A DNA stretch of 64,000 nucleotides from Plasmodiophora brassicae (lineage: Eukaryota), in contig CP145425.1 in assembly GCA_036867785.1 (NCBI GenBank), forward strand, positions 372,001 to 436,000, in the 5' to 3' direction. Made by a program: the position numbers and the translations under genes. Positions within the stretch are counted from its first letter, which is position 1, and the number at the start of each line of letters is the position of its first letter. The notes below the pieces were generated by a model. It saw only the letters and a list, made by a program, of their open reading frames with translations, had not been told where the DNA came from and ran no database searches. This document shows, one piece after another, positions 47,991 through 61,354 of this stretch.

Positions 47991-48452
47991 GACGGGCAAG
48001 AGTGCTGCATATTACCTGCGCCACTTCATTCGGCACCATGCCAATGCCTAGAAATGGGAACGCATGGGAACACCACTTTCCTGGAAGCACCTGCGTCTCT
48101 TCCGACGCGGGACGCGGTTCCAGGCCGCTCTGAGGGCGTACTGTAATCTGCAAGATAGGGGTGCCCTGGAGCCAGACCGTTTCTACCGTTACTACGACAT
48201 TGATTTCATTGAGCCGCGTCTCTCGAAACGCTGGCGTTGTCAGCTAGAAACGGTCCAGATCCAGGAGCATCATTACCTTCCCGATTGCATTATGTACGTA
48301 CACCTACAGAGCGGCCTGGGACGCAGCACGACCCACATCGTAAAAGAAGCAGGCGCTTCCAGGAAAGTGGCGTTCCCATGCGTCCACATTTCTAGGCATT
48401 GGCATGGTGCCGAATGAAGTGGCCCAGGTAATGTGCAGCACTCTTGCCCGTC
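47991..48452. repeat. ~100-bp inverted repeats around a ~255-bp spacer (MITE-like)
   Basis: 47991-48094 is the near reverse complement of 48349-48452. Confidence 0.85.
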
Positions 48453-48728
48453 CGAAAGATCGTGGCGCGACGTCAGCATATAAGGACATAACGCTGCCGC
48501 CACGGTTATGTTAGCGTCAGGTAGGACGGATCGACTAGGGCGCCCTCTATGGAATCGGTCAGGTAAAGTATAGACACCACTCATCGGAAACGATGCACAC
48601 GAAATCTTTTCACTACGACGTCATACACCGGAAGGGGCTCAGCGGCGACCGCATTGGGACGGCGTATTGTCCTTTCGTCCAGTCTTGTTGGGTCACCGAG
48701 GTATATAAACACCAAGTTCTAGGACAGC

Positions 48729-49080
48729 ATGGCCCTAGTGAGCAAGTTTGGTAATCCCGATCTAGTACTCATTACCATGGCTTGCACGCATTCCGAAGTG
48801 GCAGGAGATCCAGAAGCAGCTCCTTTCGCACATGACCTCCCAGACTGTCGGGCCGACGTTGTGCCTCGCGCCTTCCACATCAAGTTACCAAGAAGCTACA
48901 TAGTTCAGCAGAACAGTGGCGCACATGTACACGATCGAGTTCCACAAGCGGGGATTGCCACATGCATCGACCTGATCGTCGATCAGAACTATTTCCATTG
49001 CTTTCTGGTGCGGGAGCGCGCAGAAGGAACGGGACCTCCGGACCTGTGATCATGCGCCGGTGTTCCAACATGTATAATAC
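48729..49080 (+). pseudogene. Helitron Rep domain remnant
   Basis: MALVSKFGNPDLVLITMAC, DVVPRAFHIKL, and frameshifted YTIEFHKR(G)LPH (Rep motif EFQKRGLPH). Confidence 0.75.
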
Positions 49081-49333
49081 AACACGCATCAGTGCGTGTA
49101 TCTGACGAAACCGCCACTGTGGTATATAGTCACTGAAGATGGGGAAATCGCCGCCCTGCATCAGGATCCGATCAGGTTTTGCCCGGGCGGTCCCGCCCCG
49201 ATGACGAGTCCAAAGTACTGATTCACGGCATAGGTTTCCGAACACTGTTGAATCGCAGTCCTGCGCGAAGCAAAGCGCATAAATCTCTATGTAGATCTAA
49301 CAACCCACAATGCGACGTATTGGAACTCGCGAT

Positions 49334-49416
49334 CTTGTAACCAGGGCGGCCACTGCAGTTGCGGACTTGAGGGCCCTTGTAACCAGGACGGCCACTGCAG
49401 TTGCGGACTTGAGGGC
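49334..49416. repeat. 42-bp tandem duplication
   Basis: CTTGTAACCAGG(G/A)CGGCCACTGCAGTTGCGGACTTGAGGGC twice. Confidence 0.9.
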
Positions 49417-49764
49417 TCCCGGATCCACTGTGTTGACTGCAAGTGCTGCCACTGCGAGTCTGCGACTCGTCACGCGGTCCTGTTAGGCCCAGTGCGCGTC
49501 CGGGGAAGATGGGGGGGGACCCGGCGTCGCCGAGTCGCGGGTATGAGGTTCACTCTCCAAACGTCATGTCAGGTGAACGGCGCGAGGGTATTCCTCCTCC
49601 TGACCTACGCGGGATGATTCGGAGGGTACGTGATTTTCAGATATTGGTCGATCTGTTCATTCGTACACAATGGTTCGGGTGCATGCGTGCTCGGCGTGCT
49701 GCTTATCCTCACGTGTGGATGCGCCTCACTGAATGTAGGACAGATGTCCACATCACGTTGCACA

Positions 49765-49885
49765 GGCCTGTGACCTCCGCTCGCAGGCTTATGACCTCTC
49801 GCGGGCTTGTGACCTCCTCTCGCAGCTCTGTGACCTCCGCACGCAGAGGTCACAGGCCTGCGAACGGAGGTCACATGCCTGCGAG
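49765..49885. repeat. Short ~20-bp tandem and inverted repeats (TGTGACCTCCGCTCGCAGG-like)
   Basis: Four direct units followed by two inverted GAGGTCACA units. Confidence 0.7.
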
Positions 49886-50648
49886 ATGAATTCGCGAATC
49901 TGCGAAACGAGAACAACGTACGTTCTTCGTTGCAAGCCCAGATCCTGCGTTCGCGCCGTTTCTAGCTGCTGTCGCTTGCCGTCGCCAATTTGTGACAACG
50001 AGCTGAACAACGTTCTTCGAGCTGAGGTTCAAAGTCAGCATCATAATTAAACTGTTTTGTGTTATTCTTCGGCATCGTGTCGTGCACTACGACCTGCCAA
50101 TTGCGCAATACAACACATGAGCTGGTGTCGTGCTTAGCCTTAGCCAATGCAATTACTGCGTTCAAGGTTCATTCGTTGGCCTTGTCCAGAACATCTGCCG
50201 ATCGCCGCGCCCACTAGTCAATGTGCTCGTGATCGATGAACCCGATACAGTTTGAGGCCATCGCCTTCCCTGCTCTTGTCCGCTTTAACCGCCAATTTAT
50301 GATGGATGTTGGCCATGAATGGACGCCCTACCTGTCGGCAGTTCCTAAGCGACTTGAAAACGTCATTGCCCGGCGGCCAACCAAATCGATTCGCGGTCGG
50401 ATCCAGCCGTCGGTCGTAACGAATTTGTGGGTTCTCAGTCTTCGTACCCTAACCCCGAATCATGAATTGGGCAGGCACCCTAATGGAAGGAGTAAATTGT
50501 CATGCCCCATAACCTAAATCGTCGATCTTTATGAAGTGTGGCATTCAGCATTCATCCCCGCCATTACAGTCCCAGCAAATTGGAACAGTGGGTTTCGCGC
50601 TTTTCACGAAGGCGCCTCGGTGTCGGGTCCGAGGACTGAGGACACTTG

Positions 50649-52182
50649 CAGGATCAAATTCCTAGGCGTTCATGGCACAGATCGGGACGGAGCAAAGTAG
50701 AACACACACGAAGACGTGCCCAACCGGAGCACACTACCGGGAACACATTCACGCAACCTTACTGATTCAATGCAACCTCGTGAACAGACGTACATGGGAC
50801 ATATATCGAACGTTCTTTACCTGACCATCTGCAAGTGCGGCGGCATGGATCCGTTTGTTATTGGATGTCGGTGCAGGCCGAATTTGTAGTGGACCGCCTG
50901 ATCTGCAACCCGATACCATACTTTACGAGGGTTTTACGCGGTTCTATTTGTGCATGTAAACGCGCTATCTCGAAGTCGCCCGACGTAACGGATGCGCTGC
51001 GACGGGTCGGCGGGCGATGACCGATCGCCACGAGCGGGTGATGGTACGCACTGCGCCGCTCAGCCGGAGACGGCGAGCAGCGGCTCTGCGGTGCTCGGTT
51101 CGCGGGGCAGACGGTAGGCACTGCGGCGCTGGTCATTAGATGGGATGCAATGGGTGTCGTGCTGCGACGTGTCGGGGGCGCCGTCACAGGGGCGAGAGGG
51201 TACCCGACCACGGTGCAGCACGACTTCGTCTTGATGAGCTTGGGGGAGGTCTTGTGAACGGCGGCGCGCGCTCAGTGGAGCGGCGCATGCAACAGGACGG
51301 CCACGGCGTGTGCCAGCGTGGGCTGGCGTCCTCGGACGGCTGGTCCTGCGCGTTCTCGCTGTCGTCGGCGGGCGCGTTCAGTGCACCGCTGCCCTGCAAC
51401 GGTTGCAGACTGTTTGCAACGCCGAGCTAGCTCTAAGACAGTGCAGGTCACGAAATGGGAAAACGTCGCCCGTACAGGCGGTCCGCGTCGATGCGGGGCG
51501 GTTGGCGCTCCGGCTCGGCGCGGGGGACGGGCTCGGCCGCGACAGACGAGATCAGTAACAGGAGGAACGCGGCCGGCGCCAGACTCAGCAGCAGGTCGAC
51601 ACGACTGTTTGGGTATTGCTGGACTTGCTCGACGACGGATTCGGCAGCAGCGACGGCGACGACGGCCGCCCCCGTTCAGCGCCATAATCACCTGCGCCGG
51701 AACCAATTTGGGGGCGCTGGGCAAGACCCTGATGTGCGTCTTCAACACGGCGGTCGGTCCTGCAGGAATTTGGCTACCCCGACTTCGCGGAGGGGGGGGG
51801 GGGCGACAACACGCATGGGGACCAGCACGACGATGATGCCGGGGAAGGACGTTTCGATCCGCAGGACCTGGACAACATGAACCGATATCAGCACGCCGCT
51901 GAAACTCATGGGGCATCTAACCTTCATCCCCATCACTACAGTTCCAGCAAACGGGAGCGGTGACGGGGCACTTCGTGTACTCTTAACCGCGCTGGTGAGA
52001 GGCAAAGGCAAGTTACTAGTCGACCGATAACACAGGACAGGATCAAATGCCTATGCGCTCATGGCACAGATCAAGACGGACCATCTGCAAGCACGGCGGA
52101 ATGGATTCGTTTGTTATTGAATGTCGGCGCAGGTCGTGTTTGCAGTAGAACGCCTCTGCAACCCGATGTTATGTTACGAGGG
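50649..52182 (+). repeat. Diverged direct repeat (50649-50932 vs 52039-52182, the latter with an internal deletion)
   Basis: Shared blocks CAGGATCAAA..CATGGCACAGATC..GACGGA and CCATCTGCAAG..TTTGTTATTG.ATGTCGG..CTGCAACCCGAT..TTACGAGGG. Confidence 0.75.
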
Positions 52183-52187
52183 AATAT

Positions 52188-55100
52188 TTACGAGCGGAAC
52201 CGAGAGGCGTGACGCCTTGGAGGGCGCCCGACCATAACCCGGAACCGATACCAGACGTTGCTGATATTGTGCAAGGAAAAGCACACGCCAACGCAAGGAT
52301 CGTCATCGCCCGTGAACCGATAGATGAAAATACCGATGATAATGAGGATAATGCAGCCGACGACGATGGCGCCCCATGGGACTGGGATAGTTCTGGGCTG
52401 TTGGATACGACGATGCGGCGGGACTGTTTTTGTACGCGATGATAGGTGCCGGTGTATGTGCCTGGCAGCGACGCCGATGGCCGCACCAGCTGCCACAGAT
52501 GCACCGGTCAACAGCGTGTTGCGCGTACTTCGTGCCGGTGTTGTTGGCGATGTGGGACGATATCGCGCCCAGGCGCCAGCCGCGATGAAGTGTAGCGACC
52601 CACCGATGATGACGTACTGGGTCCACTTCGACAATTGGGCAACCACATCGCCGGTACTGTGGCGTCCGGTACCATTCACCAACAGCGACGCAGGTGTTAA
52701 TGCCTGCAGGATGTCGGAGGAGTTTCCCGGGTGCGAAGTTGACGAATCGGCCCGTACGTCAGACAAACGCCCGAGAGCAGCAGGCTGGCGATCCCGATGT
52801 CCTGCGAAACCAGACAAGGCGTTGTCAGGAGTCGAGAACCCATCACCATAGTTGCGACCGGACTCACCAGGCGTTACGGCGATCTCGCATTGACGTGGAG
52901 CCGAGTGACGCTCGCGAATTGCATTCGATAGGAAAGAACGGGCCCGCTCATCCATGACAACATCGACCGGTTGGCATCCTTGGCTGTCGACGACAGTGTC
53001 GTTAGCGCCGCGTTGAATCAGGATGTCGATTACATCGAGTCGACCGCTATCGGCAGCCAGGTGCAGAGCAGTGCGACCCTGTCGGTCGATGGCGTCGATA
53101 TGGGCTCCTCGATCGAGGAGGCGATTAACGACCTCCCTCCTCCCGTTGTCGGCGGCCAGGTGCAGGGGTGTCTGACCTTTATAGTCCTGAGCGTCAACCA
53201 ATGCGCCGTGCTCGATAAGAAAGCCGACCAGGTTCTCAGAGCACCCTCGCCGTGCGACCTCGTGCAGCACAGTACGTCGATCGACATCAAGGGCGTGTAC
53301 AGAGACTCCAGCCACGACCAGCGCCTCCGTTGTACCCTCGACGGTGCCTATGTCAGCTTCATGGCGCACGACAAAATGGAGAGCGGATTCCATCCTGGAC
53401 GTCAGCGGCCGGCTGTCGATCTGGCGGAAGCTCTGAAGAAACGTCTCCCGTGGCCCGCGTCGGCATCGCTGCCTGACATACAGGGACAGTGTCGGGGCAT
53501 TGGGCCGTTCCGGTAGAGAAATCAGGTGCAGTTTGGGTGCACTCCCGGGCGAACCACCCGCCTGGACTAGAGCGTCGGCGACATCCCTATGGTTGTTGAC
53601 ACGTGCGACATCAAGAGGACTTTGGCCATCCAGAGTCTCTGCGTCCGGTGAGAACAGGAATTTCAGTCGATCAATCAGTTCGCGTGTGTCCCCACGCCCG
53701 AACTGGGCCAACGTATGCATCGGTGTCCATGTCGACACCTCATCGCATTGACGTTTGAAGCCTCTGAGCACAGCGTCGACACGAGCGTGTACACCGCGTC
53801 CAACAGCGTGGTGTAGAGCATCCCACTTTTCAACTTGAACATCCAGGTTCTCGCCACTACCTCCGAAATGGCGTAATTTGACGACCCAACCGTGCCGGGC
53901 AAGACACCGATGACGAAGGCGGGCAATAGGGTCATTTTTCCACTTGTACACGACAAGAACGGTAGATTCGTCAACAACCGCGTCGATAATGCACCCGGTA
54001 CGAGGGCAACGGCGCGCACCGTCCATTGGCGGCTGGCCGCGAACCCAGTGAAAGCATCGATTGAAGAGGTCAGCAAGTGCACCAGGATAGTCGGCCATTA
54101 TGTCATCGTATTCTTCATCTGGCATCACCATTCGCCAGCTGTTCAGGTTCGTGATCATGTGTGGGGATAGGCCGTCGAAAGTGACGTTGACGAGGAGGGG
54201 GAGGAGCCCGATGGCGTAACGGGGCAGGTCGACCAGGGCGAACGCGTACATGATCCTCGACGTGGACACAGGATCTATAAAGCCGACATCCCTGAACAGG
54301 GCCATGGTAAAAACGTCGTACAGCATCGAGGCGTTAACACCAGATTCGGCTAACGTCACGAGCGCATCGACCAGGTCGGCCAGGTTCTTCCGCGCCCATA
54401 ACGTCCCTGTCATCATCTCGATGATGACTTCCCGAACGAAGCCGAAGTGGTCCGTATAGCCATGCCTAACGAATATGGCGATGAGCTTCGCCATGTGGCG
54501 GCATGACAAGTATCCGAACTCGGTTGCCCGAACTCGTACTACCTCGGAAATTATGGCGTACCGGTACCGGAGCAGAGCGAATTCGGCAGACGACACAATC
54601 AGAGGGATCTTACTCGTCCTGAGGAATGGCACCAATCTGTAGACAACCCTTCTCTGAATACGAACATCATCGTCCTGGTCCCAGCTCGGATCGAAGTCAA
54701 GGTTGCCAGGAACCGTCGCCTCATTTCGATATGCAATGGCCAGCATGCAGCGTGTCTCGACGTCAACGTCACCCGGTAAGAGTCGCCGTTCGATCTGGGG
54801 CGCGAAATGGCCCAAAAGCACGGCTGACTCCCGACGGGCCCGCCGAAACGATATCAACAGCTTGGCGACATCGTCGATGGATAATTCGGCGGAATGCAAA
54901 AGCGCCCATTGCACGATGGTGTCAAACAGGCCAGAAACGTTACGCGTGATACGTTGGTGACCGCCAACGATCTGTCGTGGCAGGTCCGGGAATAATAGCG
55001 TCAGGTCGGCCCAATACACGTCAGTAGTGATTGGAGTGCCTGGTGGAACGATCGGTCCAACGCCTACCCTGGCGTACAGAAGCATCATTTTTGCCACCTC

Positions 55101-55814
55101 TGACGCGTTGAGGGACTCCAAGTTTCTGGCCAGAACCGGGGCCGCCGCGTCGAACAATGGGTACACGACGTCAATATCAACGCTGGCGACAACATGGTCA
55201 AGAATTGCGACGACGCCGCTGGACCTGTTCTCGAAGGAATGTATGTTGGACAGTGTAACGTCCATGACTTGCCGCGATATCAAGGGGTATTTCCGTTCGA
55301 TCACACGGGTAAGGCGATCCAATTGCACGTCGTCGAGCGTCGGAACGGCAGGGATGATTGCAGAGATGCAAGATCGGAGCAGCGACGACGTAAAAAAACT
55401 AAATGCTAGGCTTTCCGAGACGATACACGCAAGGTCTAGGAGCCTATTCGCATCAATGTTCCGAACCTCGCGCATGACGGACACGACGGCTTCGATGATG
55501 AGATTGTCGATGCCTGGAATATGAGCCCGGGTGCGGACGAAGGCAAGATGGTCGATCTTGTCAGATGCTGATAATGCTGCCAACTTCCACTGTAAGGCGT
55601 TTGCAACCTGGGAAGGAGACACGACCGTCGCAAGCGATCTCCGCAAGGAGCTCAATTGAGCGTGGTCGTCCAGCGCGATGACCAGTTGTTCGATCGTCAG
55701 CCGCTCCAGCCGCGTCAGGACGTCATCATTACGTGCGGTGTCGTGCATTGACTCAGCTGGGATGGTGCAAACCAGGACAAGGACGCCCCAGCACCCACTC
55801 CATAGAACACGCAT
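52188..55814 (-). CDS. Intronless ~1200-aa protein: signal peptide, helical repeats, RAP-like domain, ankyrin repeats, C-terminal TMs
   Basis: Signal-like MRVLWSGCWGVLVLVCTIPAES; IIDAVV..RLRHRCLARHGWVV; ankyrins TPLHLAA, TALHLAA; C-terminal hydrophobic segments. Confidence 0.8.
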   Translation of the reverse strand: MRVLWSGCWGVLVLVCTIPAESMHDTARNDDVLTRLERLTIEQLVIALDDHAQLSSLRRSLATVVSPSQVANALQWKLAALSASDKIDHLAFVRTRAHIPGIDNLIIEAVVSVMREVRNIDANRLLDLACIVSESLAFSFFTSSLLRSCISAIIPAVPTLDDVQLDRLTRVIERKYPLISRQVMDVTLSNIHSFENRSSGVVAILDHVVASVDIDVVYPLFDAAAPVLARNLESLNASEVAKMMLLYARVGVGPIVPPGTPITTDVYWADLTLLFPDLPRQIVGGHQRITRNVSGLFDTIVQWALLHSAELSIDDVAKLLISFRRARRESAVLLGHFAPQIERRLLPGDVDVETRCMLAIAYRNEATVPGNLDFDPSWDQDDDVRIQRRVVYRLVPFLRTSKIPLIVSSAEFALLRYRYAIISEVVRVRATEFGYLSCRHMAKLIAIFVRHGYTDHFGFVREVIIEMMTGTLWARKNLADLVDALVTLAESGVNASMLYDVFTMALFRDVGFIDPVSTSRIMYAFALVDLPRYAIGLLPLLVNVTFDGLSPHMITNLNSWRMVMPDEEYDDIMADYPGALADLFNRCFHWVRGQPPMDGARRCPRTGCIIDAVVDESTVLVVYKWKNDPIARLRHRCLARHGWVVKLRHFGGSGENLDVQVEKWDALHHAVGRGVHARVDAVLRGFKRQCDEVSTWTPMHTLAQFGRGDTRELIDRLKFLFSPDAETLDGQSPLDVARVNNHRDVADALVQAGGSPGSAPKLHLISLPERPNAPTLSLYVRQRCRRGPRETFLQSFRQIDSRPLTSRMESALHFVVRHEADIGTVEGTTEALVVAGVSVHALDVDRRTVLHEVARRGCSENLVGFLIEHGALVDAQDYKGQTPLHLAADNGRREVVNRLLDRGAHIDAIDRQGRTALHLAADSGRLDVIDILIQRGANDTVVDSQGCQPVDVVMDERARSFLSNAIRERHSAPRQCEIAVTPGESGRNYGDGFSTPDNALSGFAGHRDRQPAALGRLSDVRADSSTSHPGNSSDILQALTPASLLVNGTGRHSTGDVVAQLSKWTQYVIIGGSLHFIAAGAWARYRPTSPTTPARSTRNTLLTGASVAAGAAIGVAARHIHRHLSSRTKTVPPHRRIQQPRTIPVPWGAIVVGCIILIIIGIFIYRFTGDDDPCVGVCFSLHNISNVWYRFRVMVGRPPRRHASRFRS

Positions 55815-56447
55815 GGTGGCACTGATCCTGAAACCGCGCGCTATTTCCGTCATGACTCATGAGGTCTGACGACGAGACGAGCGGGGACGCGGACACCGCC
55901 TTTTTTGCGCAGGTCTATTTTGGGGTGGGGCACAGTGGCCACTGCCTGAGGCTGCATGCATGCGCGTCGCGCGGAGTTCGCGGCATTGCATGGAAACCGG
56001 CAGTATTTACGTTGAAGACGAGCGTTGTCGCTCATGCATGATGTCGACCCTCTCCCCTGATTCAGCGATTTCCAAAAGCACGTCGAGCGAGTTGATAGGC
56101 CGCCACATTGCAGTAGCGTTTTAGGTTGCGTCCCCACACTTGCCTGCGCGGACGTGGCGTCGAGATGCTCTTCTCAACTGCGCCCGCGTGTCGACGATAT
56201 TCTCGCTTGGCGAACGCGACGACTTCGGGACCCGATCAGTGCCGCTATTGCCGGGTTCCCGTTGGTCGACGAGCAATGCCCCGATGGCGCGCCGTTCGAC
56301 GAAGGACGCGAACAGGTCCAGGAGCAGCAACAAGAGCAGGAGCAGGAACAGGTGGTGTCGGGCTGCGTCTTAAGTGCATGGATCACAAACAACTGACAGG
56401 ACGTGTAGGACGTTTGCGTTGATGATCCGTCGCCCCTGCAGACCGAT

Positions 56448-57301
56448 GTGTCTTCGTATCGCGATGAATTCCTGGGTCAGGTTCGAGGCGACGGGAATCG
56501 CCGCCAGTTGCGACGCCTGAACGACATCGTCTGCAACGCCGTTTGTTTCCACGCCCGGGGCAAGAACATTCCGGTCCCGAAGGGTGTGGACAAAATGTTC
56601 CATCCCGACATCTTCGTGACGGATCGCTTCAGTTAGAGTCGGATGATGCGGTCTAGCTCGGATGAGGACAAATACCCTGTCAGCTCGTACCGGAAGACGC
56701 CATTCCAGGTCATTGTTCGTGCGAGGCAGGCAGACGGGTCCATTCATCCCGGCGACGTCTCCGCATCCTGGCGTCTATCGAGGAGCTCAACTTGGTGCAT
56801 CAGGAACTGGCGAACACGCGAGGGCTGTTGAACAGCGAATCCACGCTGGTCTTCACGGTGACGCCCAGCAATGAGGACAGTCTGCCGGATATCCCGCTCG
56901 ACCCGTCATTACGGGAGCACCTCAAGCGCCTTCTGGCGGATGTCAACTTGTACCATGGGTCATTGTCGGTCATGGACAACAATGAGTGGATCGTCGTGCG
57001 TAACGCGGCCCTGGATGGCACTGTGGATGCCTTCTGGTACTATTACCGGAAAATGCTGGACACGTGCACGATTCTGTTTCACTCGCACCGCCCTGACGTC
57101 TTACTCAAGCAATGGTTCCCGCGTGCTGGGGCCGACGTGTCTGTTGCGGTCCGGCCGAGACCAGCGGTGGTAAAGAAGAACGGTATGATTGTCAGGCGCA
57201 GACGCCCAGATTCATGGCGCAGCGTTATAGCCACCGCCAGCGAACGTCCACGATACGCCAAGTCACCGGCTGCCCATGCAATAAACCCACGCCGCAAGTG
57301 A
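56448..57301 (+). pseudogene. Fragmented coding-like sequence of unknown family
   Basis: Consecutive ORFs 56448-56636, 56643-56831 and 56792-57301 broken by a stop and a frameshift; repeated QVIV...IHPGDV motif. Confidence 0.35.
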
Positions 57302-57835
57302 TCGTTCATGTGAAGATAGGGATACACCCGGGGGACGTCGCGATCGTTTGGCGGACGGTGGATCGATGACGTCGCTGAGCAGCTGGGGACCCGGGGGCGA
57401 CGTCACTGCCCTCGACCAGCGAGAGGCGCCCCGCCCTGCACCGATAGCGGCCGACGTTGCCGTTCGGTGCCCTGCTGACGACAGGAGGACCTGCAGGGCC
57501 GCTGTACGAGCGTGTCGACAACGTATGCTTGTACGGAACGGTTCTGGTTGTGGCGATACCCCGGCAGGGATGCAGGCGGCGGTTCGACGGCCAGGCAGGC
57601 GTTCGCCTGCCGACCGCCGACAACAGGCGATGGGCGCCGCCGCCCTGCTGGATGATTTGCAGGGCAGGCAGGCGCCGCTCGACATGCAGACGGGGAGCTC
57701 GGAGACGCCCTTGGTTGGTCGGCCCACCATCATCGATGCAGGGTGCTGGGTCAGGGGGAGGGGCGCACGATCGATTACAGCAGTCGACAGGCAACCTGGA
57801 CGTTGCGTCAATCAGAGTAGCAGGTCGGAGCGCAA

Positions 57836-59130
<1,295 letters not shown>

Positions 59131-61354
59131 ACCCGCTCGTGACGAACTCAACCTCATGAGACATTGCCATGAGAATGATGTCGTGATAGAGTATGTTACC
59201 AGGATTACCTGTGATTCCACCTAGATGCGCCTCAGATGTTGGCCGATCACAATGTTGCGTTCGCGGTTGTAGCCAGCGTGATTGGCCGTCTCGAGAACCA
59301 GTCTGCATCCGATGTCCGAGCTTGTGAGCCTCAGTAACCGAATACGCCGTCTGCAAGATGCCGTCGAAGAACGTCGCCTCGTTGTGAGCTTCGCGGAACA
59401 GAAACGGTTCGACGACGTCTTCTTCAGCGAGTGGGCCGACGGTCCGGATGCTGTACACCCACAAGGGCAGGCGGCCGCGCAGTGGGTTGTCGTCCATAAC
59501 AGATTCTGCTATGCCAATCAGTAATGACGATGTCGTCTTGATGCGGTAGACAGCGTTCTGCATCAGGCCCCTGTCACGTGATACGTAGGCTCTCCCGGGT
59601 TTGTTTAAACCCTGTTACGCCGGCTATGCGCCCCATTAACAGGACCGCTGCGTTGAGTGCGCCTCTGAACACGAATTATTACTTAGTTGATGAATCGACA
59701 CGAGAAACGCAATGATAATGCATCGCACTTACAGCTGCGCAAAGCCGATAGGCGTGTCCAGGTCAGCAAAAGCGTCTGTCATGAATCATGATGATCCAAC
59801 CTTGCTCCGTGGACGACGTCGCGTGCGATTCTTGCGGAAGACCTTGCAGGTGTCGCTCCTTCGCATTCTCCTTCAGGAGCTCGCTGACGGCGACTGTCCA
59901 CTCGGAGCGCAAACACGTACAGTAAGACGATACGTGCAGCGTCCTATATACGAGGTCGACGTGCAGCTGGTTCACATACTGCTTGATGGTGTCGCTCTTT
60001 CGCTTGACGGTCGTCCGGACCCATGCGAAAATTCGGCGCAACTGGTCGCTGCCAGCCTCGGCGCGGACGGTCGTCGTATGACAACGGTGCTGGCCTGCCT
60101 GCGTCACGAAGTCAGGACCAATGCCCACACTACCATATTGCAGGTTGCACACACCTTCGCGACGTTCGGCCGCTTCCAGGAAATCGTCCAACTTGGTACG
60201 CGCCGTCCTGAACGTTTTGGGACGTTTTGACCGCGACGGTGGCACGGCGCGTTGGGATTCAGGACCATCTTGCCGTCCTCAGCCCATGAAATCATCGGTA
60301 ATGGTTCTGGGGCATCACGCTTTCCATTCATCGTTGCTGATGGACACAACACCCGTTCGTTGGTCTGATATACCTGCGAATGTTTTGTTGTGAGCCCCCC
60401 AGCCTGTCGCAGCCCGGTCCCCATCTGGACGGTGCCCGACAATGAGGCAGCGTCAACGTCGCGAATGGAGCCCATCCAGACAACCAGGAAATTGTGATTG
60501 GGAACCACAAGGTCGCGCTGCCACCATACACGTGTGCTCAGTCAGCGCTGTTACACATAACGACGGGCTGGCCACAGCAACCAGTGCCAGGATAAACCGA
60601 ATTTATGGGTATCCCGTAGGTATCCCGCGCGCCATCCCGTGTCTGGCCGATTTACGTACAGTAACGTGCCATGGTCGCTCTGTGAGACTGTGACCCCGAC
60701 GACGCGGAGACCCGAGTCGGTGTAATGTGTAACGTGACGCCCGCTTTGACGCGTTGTCGTCCGCTGAGTCGACGCCCCAGCGTCATTCTGCCCGTCTGGC
60801 TGGTCGGCTGCTGGTCGAACGTCGAGCCTGAGTGTGTTCACTATCAACGTCGACAGTATGGACAACAGTATGGGCAGATGGTCGGACGAGGACGAGTACG
60901 ACTCGCCGGGCCCAGCTGCTGATTATATCGGCTCGCCGTGCCCAGCTGTTGCACGGCGCGACGACTTCGCCACTTTGCGTTCCATCATCCTGGCGCAGGG
61001 GGACGAACGCCTTGCCCAGCAGGAGGGCGTCTCCACGCGTAACATCAAGGAACGGCGACTGCGAGCCACGCCCTACGCGCCGCATTTCATCGATATCAAC
61101 CACTGTGCGGCGGCACAACCAGCTGGCATCGATACGACTCGATGCCGCTTTCGCGCTCCCAATAGGAAAACCATATATGCAGAAACTTGACCGTGCAGGG
61201 CGTACAATCCTCGTTGCATATATGACTTGCCTATTGGGAACGCGAAAGCGGCATCGAGTCGTACCTAATGAAACTTGATCGTGCAGGACGTGCATTCTGC
61301 CCAGCGGATCGTCTTGGGAATGTGTTGCGCAGCACGAATTCGCTGCAGGCATTT

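Noticed and set aside
59712-60508. Possible Tc1/IS630 N-terminal HTH remnant on the minus strand
   Set aside because: Only vague similarity (GRPS, IKQYVNQ); no catalytic motifs seen
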